Shown: positions 8,276 to 15,913 of the stretch, piece after piece
Numbering within the stretch: position 1 is the stretch's first letter
How the letters are laid out: every line of letters begins with the position of its first letter
Source of the DNA: a virus
Virus record (IMG/VR): IMGVR_UViG_3300003322_000327
Location: 1-38,120 of that record
Length of the DNA stretch: 38,120 bases
Direction: 5' to 3' (one strand)
The notes under the pieces: generated by a model
The model's input: the letters and a program-made list of their open reading frames with translations, nothing else
Told to the model about the DNA's origin: nothing
The model's database searches: none
Position numbers and translations under genes: made by a program

Positions 8276-8434
8276 TCAGAGGCCGGTGCCTCCGTTGGTG
8301 GCGACGACCAGGAAGATGAGGGCCAGTGCGACGGCCAGCACATCCTTTGCTCGAAGTCGGAGCGAGGATTCGTACAGGTTGCGCCGGCGCTTCAAGCCCC
8401 ACTCATCATCCAGTAGCTCATCGTCATCGTACAT
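8276..8434 (-). CDS. small membrane protein (52 aa)
   Basis: Not in the ORF track. MYDDDELLDDEWGLKRRRNLYESSLRLRAKDVLAVALALIFLVVATNGGTGL; TGATG coupling to the upstream gene. Confidence 0.6.
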   Translation of the reverse strand: MYDDDELLDDEWGLKRRRNLYESSLRLRAKDVLAVALALIFLVVATNGGTGL

Positions 8435-9084
8435 CAGTCGCCCCGGAGCGAGAAGTCCTCATCCGTCCGACGCTGACCCATGCGATCGAAGTTGGGGTCC
8501 TGCTCGACGTAGTTCGGCCTGTCGCACGGCCAGGTCTTGAGATCCGGCATGCGGCCAACGTGCGAGAAGAGGTCGGGCCAACCCACGACATTGGCCATCG
8601 GGCTCTTCTTCTGGAAGCTGGTAGCTGACCCGAAGGTCCGACCACTCTTCGCGTGGGTGTCCTCGATGCGGGCCACGTTGTAGTTGTGCAGGAGGGCCAA
8701 CGTGTTGTAGACGATAATGTGGGTCGTGTGATCCTCGCCTACGATCCAGATCGATGGGTGGGCATTGTTGCGCCACTCGACGTAGGCATGGATGAGCGGC
8801 AGCCCCGACCAGGCGGTACGTGCCATGGAGAAGCTCGACCGGGCGTTGGCGCCGATGAAGTTGGCGCAGAGGAAGCTCGCGTTGTCATCGTCGTAGTCGT
8901 CGCCGAAGTACTGCTTGGGCTCCTTGTAGGACTTCGAGTCCGGATCGATGAAGCGCTGCAGCATCCAGCAGGCGACGAGCACCGACTGGATGAACCAGGA
9001 CGAGCTGATGTCGATGAGGAAGCGATTGGCGCCCATGTTCTCGCCGCTCTGCTGATAGAGCTTGAGGTCAGGTTCGATGTGCAT
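8434..9084 (-). CDS. hypothetical protein (216 aa)
   Basis: ORF track; SD AAGGAG. Confidence 0.8.
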   Translation of the reverse strand: MHIEPDLKLYQQSGENMGANRFLIDISSSWFIQSVLVACWMLQRFIDPDSKSYKEPKQYFGDDYDDDNASFLCANFIGANARSSFSMARTAWSGLPLIHAYVEWRNNAHPSIWIVGEDHTTHIIVYNTLALLHNYNVARIEDTHAKSGRTFGSATSFQKKSPMANVVGWPDLFSHVGRMPDLKTWPCDRPNYVEQDPNFDRMGQRRTDEDFSLRGD

Positions 9085-9091
9085 GTTGCTG

Positions 9092-9131
9092 CTCCTTGAA
9101 GTGAATGGGAAGGTTGAGTGTAACTGGGTTG
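9092..9131 (-). repeat. degenerate leader repeat, copy 1 (copy 2 at 9384-9424)
   Basis: Plus strand ctccttgaagtgaatg..gttgagtg.aactg..ttg versus ctcctagagtgaatg.gttgagtg...gactg...gttg; both contain the SD of the next gene. Confidence 0.55.
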
Positions 9132-9136
9132 AGGTC

Positions 9137-9376
9137 TCAGCTGGTGATGACCTGCTCGCCGCTGTGCGTGGCCGCCGGGCGCCAGACCACTTCGTAGGCC
9201 GAACCCATGTCGATGGTGACTTCGACGAAGCCGGCCTGGTACATCTTCATCTTGTGCTCGTTGTTGATGCGGGCACGTTCGTTACTCGCCTGCGCGATCT
9301 TGGCGAAGCCGATGAGGACCAGGAAGAGGAGGACGCCGATGGCGATGATGCCGAGGATGTTGTAGGCAGCGATCAT
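9137..9376 (-). CDS. small membrane protein (79 aa)
   Basis: N-terminal TM helix; SD TAGGAG. Confidence 0.75.
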   Translation of the reverse strand: MIAAYNILGIIAIGVLLFLVLIGFAKIAQASNERARINNEHKMKMYQAGFVEVTIDMGSAYEVVWRPAATHSGEQVITS

Positions 9377-9383
9377 GATGAAA

Positions 9384-9424
9384 CTCCTAGAGTGAATGCG
9401 TTGAGTGGATGTGACTGCGAGTTG
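9384..9424 (-). repeat. degenerate leader repeat, copy 2
   Basis: See 9092-9131; also shares gtgaatgcg with the 14577 and 15325 leaders. Confidence 0.55.
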
Positions 9425-9431
9425 TCAGGGA

Positions 9432-9788
9432 TCAGTAGCGAATGGGATTCGGGTCCAGGGCGCGGCACATGGCCTCGGCCGCTGCCCAGCCCTTGTCGGT
9501 GGGAGGGAAGCGTGCGAAGACCGGGAATGCGCCGTCACTCGGAGCACTGAAGTGCGGGTCGAGCTTGTACTTGTTCGCCCGGTACAGCGCCGTCGTCGAA
9601 CTCACGTTCTCGAAGACCAGGACCTTCATGCCTTCGAAGTTCGTGCAGTTCGGGTAGTGCACCTTGAGGATCAGGAAGCGACCGACGCGCTGCGACTGCT
9701 TGACCACGAAGTTCTCCGGCTCAGGGTTCGAGTTCGGCACCGCGTAGGGACTCGAACTGCAGCTTCTACGGAATGGAGAGCATCCCAT
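9432..9788 (-). CDS. conserved phage hypothetical protein (118 aa)
   Basis: Start MGCSPF at 9788 (SD AAGGAG). Motifs NPxPxNF, YPNCTNFEGxKVLV, LDPHF, ARFPPTxxGW. Confidence 0.8.
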   Translation of the reverse strand: MGCSPFRRSCSSSPYAVPNSNPEPENFVVKQSQRVGRFLILKVHYPNCTNFEGMKVLVFENVSSTTALYRANKYKLDPHFSAPSDGAFPVFARFPPTDKGWAAAEAMCRALDPNPIRY

Positions 9789-9789
9789 G

Positions 9790-10680
9790 TCAGTACTCCT
9801 TCGCGTCGACGATGTCGTAGGGACTCCAGGCCTTGGGTTCGTCGGTCGGGCTCCAGCGCATCGCGCTCTCGCCGTTCGCAGTCCAGGCGAATTGCTTCGT
9901 GCTGTTGTAGAACATGTGGCCCTTGGCTTCGGAGTCGTAGTAGACTTGCATCGTCTGACCGTTGTAGAGACGATAGACCTTGCGATCTTCGAGCTCAAGC
10001 TTCGGCGCCAGCTCCTTGATGTCGTACTCGCTCATGAAGTCTTCATCGTCACGCAGGGCGAAGTGATCGATGCACCGACCGTCGTGGGAGTAGACCGCCT
10101 CGTTGCTGCCAACGAACTTTGCCAGACCGCTCGGCTCTTCTTTCAAGCCCATGAGGATGATGGTTCCGTTCTCGAGCACGTAGCGACGGCCGGCCTGGAC
10201 CAGGAGGCGACCCCGCTCTTCGGACCTGACCTTCAAGGTGCCCGGATGCACGTCGAGGCTGCCGACGCCCTTGCGTCCGTCGTCCCGGTAGTGGAACAAC
10301 CGATCGCGCAACGTCTTCGAGCGCGATTCCAGGTCATCGTGATGTACGTGCGCCATGCGCGCACGCACCCAGTCGATGAAGTCGTCGAAGTCACGCCCGT
10401 GCGTGAGCTTCGGGACCGGCAGCCCCGTCCCGTCAGGCGGCGATCCCGCCGGCCATTCCAGACCCGAGTTGAACTCGTGGCCGTGGCCTTCATCGGCATG
10501 CGCGTCGCACAGTGCCTTGACGTTGCGCTGCAGGTTCTCGATCTGCGACTGTTGATAGACGAGCACCATCGCCCACTCGCTGATGTACTTGCGCGGTTGG
10601 GTGCCACGGTAGTTCTGGATCTTCTGCACGAGGTGCAGGATCTTTTCGTTGCCCATACGGGCGATGTCGAGCAGGAACAT
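9790..10680 (-). CDS. phage protein with two GxxYxLxNG repeat domains (296 aa)
   Basis: VQAGRRYVLENGT and LEDRKVYRLYNGQ, each ending YDI; same domain as in 5976-7130. Confidence 0.8.
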   Translation of the reverse strand: MFLLDIARMGNEKILHLVQKIQNYRGTQPRKYISEWAMVLVYQQSQIENLQRNVKALCDAHADEGHGHEFNSGLEWPAGSPPDGTGLPVPKLTHGRDFDDFIDWVRARMAHVHHDDLESRSKTLRDRLFHYRDDGRKGVGSLDVHPGTLKVRSEERGRLLVQAGRRYVLENGTIILMGLKEEPSGLAKFVGSNEAVYSHDGRCIDHFALRDDEDFMSEYDIKELAPKLELEDRKVYRLYNGQTMQVYYDSEAKGHMFYNSTKQFAWTANGESAMRWSPTDEPKAWSPYDIVDAKEY

Positions 10681-10681
10681 G

Positions 10682-11113
10682 TCAGAAGCTCCAGGTGGGA
10701 AGATCGGCGCCGAGCGCGTAGGCAGCGGCGTACGCCAGGCAGAGGACGAGGAAGCCGATGGCGAGGGGACGCCACGGCACGTGGGCGAAGATCACGTCTT
10801 CGGGCTCGACCGCACCGTTCTGGTCCTCGGCTCCGGGCTTCCGCCAGTCCGCGTGCTTGTAGAAGAAGCCGCGCTTGGTCAGCAGCCGCACGAGAGTGAT
10901 GTCGAAGCTCACCGCCGCCAGGACGGCCCACATCATGTGGGCGCCGCTGACCGCGCAGTAGGCGAACATGACGATGTTCAGCATCGCCATCATGATGGCG
11001 GTGAAGATGACGAGGCCATGGTCGACGCCTGTCACCATGTTGTAGTCCTCGGTCTCGGGACGACCCGGAACTCGGAGAGGGGTCGTGGTCGGGAGGTATT
11101 GCTTGATGTTCAT
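10682..11113 (-). CDS. membrane protein (3 TM, 143 aa)
   Basis: Three hydrophobic segments; SD CAGGAG. Confidence 0.78.
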   Translation of the reverse strand: MNIKQYLPTTTPLRVPGRPETEDYNMVTGVDHGLVIFTAIMMAMLNIVMFAYCAVSGAHMMWAVLAAVSFDITLVRLLTKRGFFYKHADWRKPGAEDQNGAVEPEDVIFAHVPWRPLAIGFLVLCLAYAAAYALGADLPTWSF

Positions 11114-11115
11114 GA

Positions 11116-11586
11116 TCAGCTCCTGTGGTTGAGTTGGGCACGCAGCTCGCGCTGGCGCTTCTGATAGTAAGCGATGCGGGCCGGATTCGGCCCCAGACTG
11201 TACTGCAGGCTCGTCAACGTCTCCGCGTTCTGGCAGATGGCGGCGATGACGTACAGCCTGGTCCGGCCAGCCATTGGCTTGCGCCGCTTCGGCCGGTTGA
11301 CGGCCTCGAAGTGAGCCCAGAAGTTGGTCAGGTCAGCGCGCGATCCGTAGTACCAGAGGCTGCCCTGTCCGCGCCCACGTTGATCTTGGGAGTTCCGATC
11401 GGTGACTTGGAAGTCGGAACCCTGAGGCCAGGTCCGGACCGCGCGCTTAAAATGCGCCAGTTGATTGATGGGGAAGCTGGTCAGGAACTCGTTGGGCAGC
11501 GTGAACATGGGGTCATCCCAGTCATCGTGCTCACCGCTGTCCATCACGAAGTCTTCGGGATCGTGATCGTCTCTCGGGTCGTACAT
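11116..11586 (-). CDS. hypothetical protein (156 aa)
   Basis: ORF track; SD AAGGAG; acidic N-terminus. Confidence 0.75.
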   Translation of the reverse strand: MYDPRDDHDPEDFVMDSGEHDDWDDPMFTLPNEFLTSFPINQLAHFKRAVRTWPQGSDFQVTDRNSQDQRGRGQGSLWYYGSRADLTNFWAHFEAVNRPKRRKPMAGRTRLYVIAAICQNAETLTSLQYSLGPNPARIAYYQKRQRELRAQLNHRS

Positions 11587-11587
11587 G

Positions 11588-12223
11588 TCAGCTCCTTTCC
11601 TTCTGCAAGGCCATACGCGTCGCCGGCGTCACGGCCGGGCCGAACTCGTCGGCGAAGATGGAGGCCGCGACTTCCTCGGGATCGGGACCGGAGAGGATCG
11701 GCTCGCGGTCCTCTTCCATGGAGTCGATCATGGCCTCGTGCTCGAGATCGCCCGCCTCGTTCTCCGGGTCATCCCAGTAGTCGTCGGCGATGAAGGAGCC
11801 GGAGCGCTCCATCTCGGCCAGCTCGGCCGCGGCCTGGTCGTTGACGCGACGTCGGCAGTCGGCGCACGTCATGTAGACCGGCCCACCCATGCCCTCGTCC
11901 ATGTCGCGGAAGGGCTTGAGGTCCAGGCCCCAGCCCTTGTGCCACTCGCACTGGCCGTCGCGCTGGACCGCGCCCGCGAGGCGGAAGGCCTCGTCGCAGG
12001 CGACGCACAGGTGCGCGTACTCGCAGCCCATGCTGTCGGTCTCGCCTTGGACGCGGAAGGCGGCCACGGTATCCGGGTGCTCGTCGCACATGATGCCGGC
12101 GTGCGGGTCGATCGACCAGCGGGTGCCCGGCATCGTCGAGACCGGCCCGTCGGAGCACTCGATGCGCTCCGTCAGCTTCGAGCTACGCTCACGCAGGGCA
12201 CGGGTGATGAAGTTCGTTTCCAT
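11588..12223 (-). CDS. Cys-rich putative zinc-binding protein with acidic tail (211 aa)
   Basis: Start METNFI at 12223 (SD GAAGGAG). CDEH...VQGETDSMGCE..LCVAC...CEWH...RDMDEG.GGPVYMTCADC is a motif set I associate with large phages. Confidence 0.78.
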   Translation of the reverse strand: METNFITRALRERSSKLTERIECSDGPVSTMPGTRWSIDPHAGIMCDEHPDTVAAFRVQGETDSMGCEYAHLCVACDEAFRLAGAVQRDGQCEWHKGWGLDLKPFRDMDEGMGGPVYMTCADCRRRVNDQAAAELAEMERSGSFIADDYWDDPENEAGDLEHEAMIDSMEEDREPILSGPDPEEVAASIFADEFGPAVTPATRMALQKERS

Positions 12224-12253
12224 GTTCGTTCTCTCCTTCAACATTCGGGTTGT

Positions 12254-12451
12254 TCAATACAGCTCTTCGTGAACGGGCGCCACATCGATGCGACGCTGCA
12301 CCGCTTCCACTTGTGCGGTCGGGCCATCAATGAACGGCCCGTCACGGTCTTGCCGACAGACGACAGTCGTCTGCTGCTCATGCTCGACGTTGTATTCCTT
12401 CACCGCAGCGTCGAGCGTCACCACGGGCATCGCGTACCATACGCGCTTCAC
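12254..12451 (-). CDS. hypothetical protein (65 aa)
   Basis: GTGA coupling to the upstream gene. Confidence 0.65.
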   Translation of the reverse strand: MKRVWYAMPVVTLDAAVKEYNVEHEQQTTVVCRQDRDGPFIDGPTAQVEAVQRRIDVAPVHEELY

Positions 12452-12879
12452 GGCTTCTTCTCTTCGGTGCCATCGCCTTGAACGTCCCAGCGATGATACT
12501 CATCGACTTCGTCCTCGGCCTTCGAGGCTTCGTTCGGCGCCCACCGCATCGGGATCGGCTCTTCGTTCTTCGGAGTCGTGTCCACGTAGAGCTCGATGGG
12601 GCCGCCCTCGTCGATGAACAGGGGCTTGCCCGGCGGATACTTCTTGTCGAAGGCCGCCATTGCAGCGTCTCGTTTCCGCCGCTCGTCGCGGAGGTACGCA
12701 CGCAGGGCACGGAGTTCGCCGCGGGTGCGCTTCCGATGGGGCATCGTCTCGCGCAGCCAGATGTAGGTGGTGCGCAGCGCTTCCGCCGGGAACTCGAAGC
12801 CCAGCATCAGCAGGAAGACCGGCGTGATGATGAGGAAGCGGACCGGGATCACGACCGCGTTATAGAGGTAGACGAGCAT
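12448..12879 (-). CDS. hypothetical membrane-anchored protein (143 aa)
   Basis: N-terminal hydrophobic stretch; SD GGAG. Confidence 0.72.
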   Translation of the reverse strand: MLVYLYNAVVIPVRFLIITPVFLLMLGFEFPAEALRTTYIWLRETMPHRKRTRGELRALRAYLRDERRKRDAAMAAFDKKYPPGKPLFIDEGGPIELYVDTTPKNEEPIPMRWAPNEASKAEDEVDEYHRWDVQGDGTEEKKP

Positions 12880-13060
12880 CTTTGTTCTCCAGGATCAGGA
12901 TGCCGATGTACTGATCACCGCGCAGACAGGCGGGACTGCAAGCACACCGGCTGAGTTGTTGATGTGTCTGCCGCCGCAGAGCCCAGAGTTGAAGCGACAT
13001 CAGAGTCGCACGCTCGGAGATCGGAGGCGGCGGGACATAGAAGACCAGCGGGCTGGCCAT
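12860..13060 (-). CDS. hypothetical protein (66 aa)
   Basis: Start MASPLV at 13060, SD AGGAGG. Confidence 0.55.
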   Translation of the reverse strand: MASPLVFYVPPPPISERATLMSLQLWALRRQTHQQLSRCACSPACLRGDQYIGILILENKDARLPL

Positions 13061-13071
13061 GATGTGTCCTC

Positions 13072-13278
13072 CTACATGAAGCCGAGCCACTCGCCGGCTT
13101 CGTTGCGCCGGTACGTGTCGTCGCAGTGGAGATAGGACGGGCCATCGCCCATCGCCTCGTCCGGGTGCCCGTAGGCGGCGAGGTTGAACTCGTTGGCTTC
13201 GATGCCTTCGACGATCTCTTCGTCGGTGGCACCGGCTTCGATGGCGCGACGGATGGCGCTGATGTTGATGCTCGTCAT
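13072..13278 (-). CDS. hypothetical protein (68 aa)
   Basis: Start MTSINI at 13278, SD GAGGTG. Confidence 0.7.
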   Translation of the reverse strand: MTSINISAIRRAIEAGATDEEIVEGIEANEFNLAAYGHPDEAMGDGPSYLHCDDTYRRNEAGEWLGFM

Positions 13279-13283
13279 TACAT

Positions 13284-13457
13284 TCACCTCAGATGCTGGA
13301 CGGAGTGGCTGTTGATCTTGCATTCGGTAGCGCGACGACGCCCGGGAGCTGTGAAGCCGGACATTGCACGCTGCAGCGTCAGGTCGCCACGACGATGACG
13401 AGAGAAGGCACGGTAGCGCCTAGTCACGACATGAGTACGGAACGGCTGGTGCTTCAT
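13284..13457 (-). CDS. small basic protein (57 aa)
   Basis: Start MKHQPF at 13457 (ATGA overlap); fills the gap between neighbours. Confidence 0.5.
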   Translation of the reverse strand: MKHQPFRTHVVTRRYRAFSRHRRGDLTLQRAMSGFTAPGRRRATECKINSHSVQHLR

Positions 13458-13759
13458 GAGCGTTGCCCCTTCATGTTCGACAGAGCTTCCGCCAGCACGC
13501 TGTCCGCGCTGGACTGGAGATCCGTCAGGTACTCGATGCACTCGTCGGCCAGAGCCACGAGGCGGCGGATGCGATCGAGCTCGTCATCGAGAATGCGGAG
13601 CTCGCGAGCGAAGAGAACGACGCTCTCACTCCGCAGCATCTCGTGGAGACGCCGGACAGAGTTCGCCTGGAACAGGTAGTTCCGACGTTGCCGCTTCAAG
13701 TCCTCGACGCTGATGTCGAGGTTGACCATGCGATGCTTCAGCGATTCGGTCAGAGCCAT
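13454..13759 (-). CDS. coiled-coil hypothetical protein (101 aa)
   Basis: Start MALTES at 13759, SD AAGGAGG. Confidence 0.75.
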   Translation of the reverse strand: MALTESLKHRMVNLDISVEDLKRQRRNYLFQANSVRRLHEMLRSESVVLFARELRILDDELDRIRRLVALADECIEYLTDLQSSADSVLAEALSNMKGQRS

Positions 13760-13769
13760 TTCTGCCTCC

Positions 13770-13919
13770 TTACTTGAACCAGACCTTGACGTAGGACGTG
13801 TAGTCCTGCCCGATGCGGCACGCTTCGGCAGCGACGAAGAAGCGGACGACGGCACCGACGACCGGCAGCTGCGTGGCAATGACACGGGCGCGGATCGAGT
13901 TGCGCTTGAGGACGACCAT
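13770..13919 (-). CDS. hypothetical protein (49 aa)
   Basis: Start MVVLKR at 13919, SD CAGGAG within a leader cassette. Confidence 0.62.
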   Translation of the reverse strand: MVVLKRNSIRARVIATQLPVVGAVVRFFVAAEACRIGQDYTSYVKVWFK

Positions 13920-13974
13920 GTTGTGAACTCCTGTTCGTAAATGAGTGATGGGACGCAGAGCGCGTCCCGGTTGA
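13920..13974 (-). promoter_or_regulatory. hairpin + RBS leader cassette (divergent copy)
   Basis: Minus strand TCAACC-GGGACGC(GCTCT)GCGTCCC-ATCACTCATTTACGAACAGGAGTTCACAAC-ATG. Confidence 0.6.
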
Positions 13975-13978
13975 CGTT

Positions 13979-14581
13979 TCAGGCTTCTCCGAGTTCCACC
14001 TGACGGGCGCAGGCTTCGTCCTCGGTGTCGAACCATTCGACGGTGTTGTCGGGCCAGACCACGGCCCAGGGCTTTTTGCACTTGGCCGCTTCCTCATCAG
14101 GGAGCATGCTCCGATCGTGCACCTCCACCAGCCACTCGTCCACTTCGCGGACGAAGCGTTCGTAGACGAACAACTTCGCCTTGCCTCGCTTCGCGTAGTA
14201 GCCGCGCTTGCCTTGCTCGTCGAGCACAAGGTTGGACGTGAGCTCCACGACGTAGCGACCCTTGCTTGGCATCGGCACCGACACGAATTCGCCCTTCTCG
14301 AAGGCACCGACGAGCACGTTGAAACTCGGCCAGAGCTTCGTGATGACGAACGCCCAAGCCTTCTCGGCGGTGGCGAAGGTACGGCTCTTGTGCCCGATAC
14401 ACACAACCTTCACCTTGTCCTGCGCGGACGCGTAGAAGAAGATCGGCGTGTGAGCCTTGCGCTCGATGCGAAACAGCATCCCACCCTTGGTGGTGCGCTT
14501 GTCGTACTGGTAGAACGTGACGAGCTGCGCGCCGCCTTGAACCGTCTGGAGGCTGAGGGTGATTTGCTTCTTGATCGACAT
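13979..14581 (-). CDS. putative early protein (200 aa), [ST]xxxA[WFY]x7W family
   Basis: ORF track; motif TAEKAWAFVITKLW shared with 14634-15329 and 32402-32674. Confidence 0.8.
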   Translation of the reverse strand: MSIKKQITLSLQTVQGGAQLVTFYQYDKRTTKGGMLFRIERKAHTPIFFYASAQDKVKVVCIGHKSRTFATAEKAWAFVITKLWPSFNVLVGAFEKGEFVSVPMPSKGRYVVELTSNLVLDEQGKRGYYAKRGKAKLFVYERFVREVDEWLVEVHDRSMLPDEEAAKCKKPWAVVWPDNTVEWFDTEDEACARQVELGEA

Positions 14582-14628
14582 GATGTGCTCCTGTGAATGC
14601 GTGATGAGACGCTTTGCGTCTCGGTTGA
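14577..14628 (-). repeat. hairpin + RBS leader cassette; 14577-14605 identical to 15325-15353
   Basis: Minus strand TCAACC-GAGACGC(AAA)GCGTCTC-ATCACGCATTCACAGGAGCACATCATGTC. Confidence 0.85.
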
Positions 14629-14633
14629 TGATC

Positions 14634-15329
14634 TTAGAGAGCGACGACAGCCCACGTGCCGTCGTTGTTCATGTTGCTCAGCTCGCGACGATGCTGAGCG
14701 GCGCTGCCGCCGGGCGTCAGAGAGTCGGCCATCTCCTTGAGGTAGGAGGCGATGAAATTCTTCGACCAGCCGCGACCCGGACGCATGACAACGGCATGGT
14801 CGCCGAAGACGATGCGCTTGCCCTTGACGGTGTACGACGCCGGTGCGAAGTACTCGCGCAGGACGTTGCGCACGTTGTCACGCGTCGGCTTCGTCACGAC
14901 AGAGCTTTCGCGCTTGTAGTCGATGACGATCGCACGCGGCTGGATGTGAATCACGTGCTGGCGCACATTGATCCTCGCCGTCTCGTGATGCGGATCGAAC
15001 GAGACGAGGGCGCGCTTCACGTTGACGCCGAACTCGTTCAGCATGCTTAGCACGTGAACGACGGCCGACTCCACGTCGAAGCGACGAACCTTGATGCCCC
15101 AGAACTCCTTGAGAGCGCTGGTGTACGCTTCGACGGCTGACTCTTCGAGAACGAGCGGGCTCAGGTCGAACTCGCCGGCGTCGTCCCAGTACGCGGTGAA
15201 CCAGCCCGGGCTCTTGCGGCACGGCGTGACCTTGAAGGTGCGGCGGCCGCGCATGCTGACGCGCGTCGTCTGACCCTTGCGAGCAAACGTGATGCGACCG
15301 GCGGACGTGACGACAGATTGAACGGACAT
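14634..15329 (-). CDS. putative early protein (231 aa), [ST]xxxA[WFY]x7W family
   Basis: Start reassigned to MSVQSV at 15329 because its leader is identical to that of the 14581 gene; motif SAVEAYTSALKEFW. Confidence 0.8.
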   Translation of the reverse strand: MSVQSVVTSAGRITFARKGQTTRVSMRGRRTFKVTPCRKSPGWFTAYWDDAGEFDLSPLVLEESAVEAYTSALKEFWGIKVRRFDVESAVVHVLSMLNEFGVNVKRALVSFDPHHETARINVRQHVIHIQPRAIVIDYKRESSVVTKPTRDNVRNVLREYFAPASYTVKGKRIVFGDHAVVMRPGRGWSKNFIASYLKEMADSLTPGGSAAQHRRELSNMNNDGTWAVVAL

Positions 15330-15353
15330 GATGTGCTCCTGTGAATGCGTGAT
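15325..15353 (-). repeat. 29-bp exact direct repeat covering SD and start codon
   Basis: gacatgatgtgctcctgtgaatgcgtgat, identical to 14577-14605. Confidence 0.9.
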
Positions 15354-15379
15354 ACGGGATCGAGGAACTGCGCGGTGCG

Positions 15380-15493
15380 CGACCCCTCCCCACGCCCCCA
15401 TTTTACACCGGAAATGCACAAAATGCACGCCCCTGAGGCCAAATTGTTACAAAAATGCCCAATTTTTGAGCAAAAACGCACGTTTTCGACCGG
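15380..15493 (-). promoter_or_regulatory. putative strong early promoter with phased upstream A-tracts
   Basis: -10 TAAAAT at 15400-15405 within a ~36-bp block nearly identical to 32755-32792; A/T tracts about every 10-11 bp from 15441 to 15498; aaatgcac direct repeat at 15412 and 15421. Confidence 0.65.
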
Positions 15494-15539
15494 AAAAAGG
15501 GCCCGTCCGACGTCCCAACCGGGGGTCTTGACGGGCCCT
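15494..15539 (-). terminator. intrinsic terminator
   Basis: Minus strand AGGGCCCGTC...GACGGGCCC-TTTTT, 5 nt after the stop of 15545-15904. Confidence 0.75.
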
Positions 15540-15544
15540 CTGTG

Positions 15545-15904
15545 TCACCCCTCTGTGGGGGTTGCGAGCGAGAAATGATGCAGCTGATTGTCACCGATCC
15601 AGTCCAGCAGCTCGTTCGCGTCAGCAGCCTCGAACGGCAGGACCGTTGCCACCGTGTCGTATGGCAGCGTGTTCAGGATTTCACGCCTGTACTCGTCGAG
15701 CAGCGCTCCGAGGTCAGCACCCGTTGGCATCATCAGCACCATGAAGTAGCCGCACCTGGGATGCTGACTCATGCCAGCGATGAAGAGCGCGAGCTCGTGT
15801 TCCGAGCCGTAGGTTTCACGCGCCCACTCAACGCTCCGCACCATGTGGTAGTCGACTGGAGCATCCTCCATCCGAATCACGACCAGATGATCGACCTTGC
15901 TCAC
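15545..15904 (-). CDS. hypothetical protein (119 aa)
   Basis: GTG start, SD GAAGGA. Confidence 0.75.
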   Translation of the reverse strand: MSKVDHLVVIRMEDAPVDYHMVRSVEWARETYGSEHELALFIAGMSQHPRCGYFMVLMMPTGADLGALLDEYRREILNTLPYDTVATVLPFEAADANELLDWIGDNQLHHFSLATPTEG

Positions 15905-15913
15905 TGCTTTCCT

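Noticed and set aside
15330-15428. N-terminal extension of ORF 14634-15428 and short ORFs across 15328-15594
   Set aside because: They run through a promoter/terminator island; the duplicated SD-ATG leader fixes the start at 15329.
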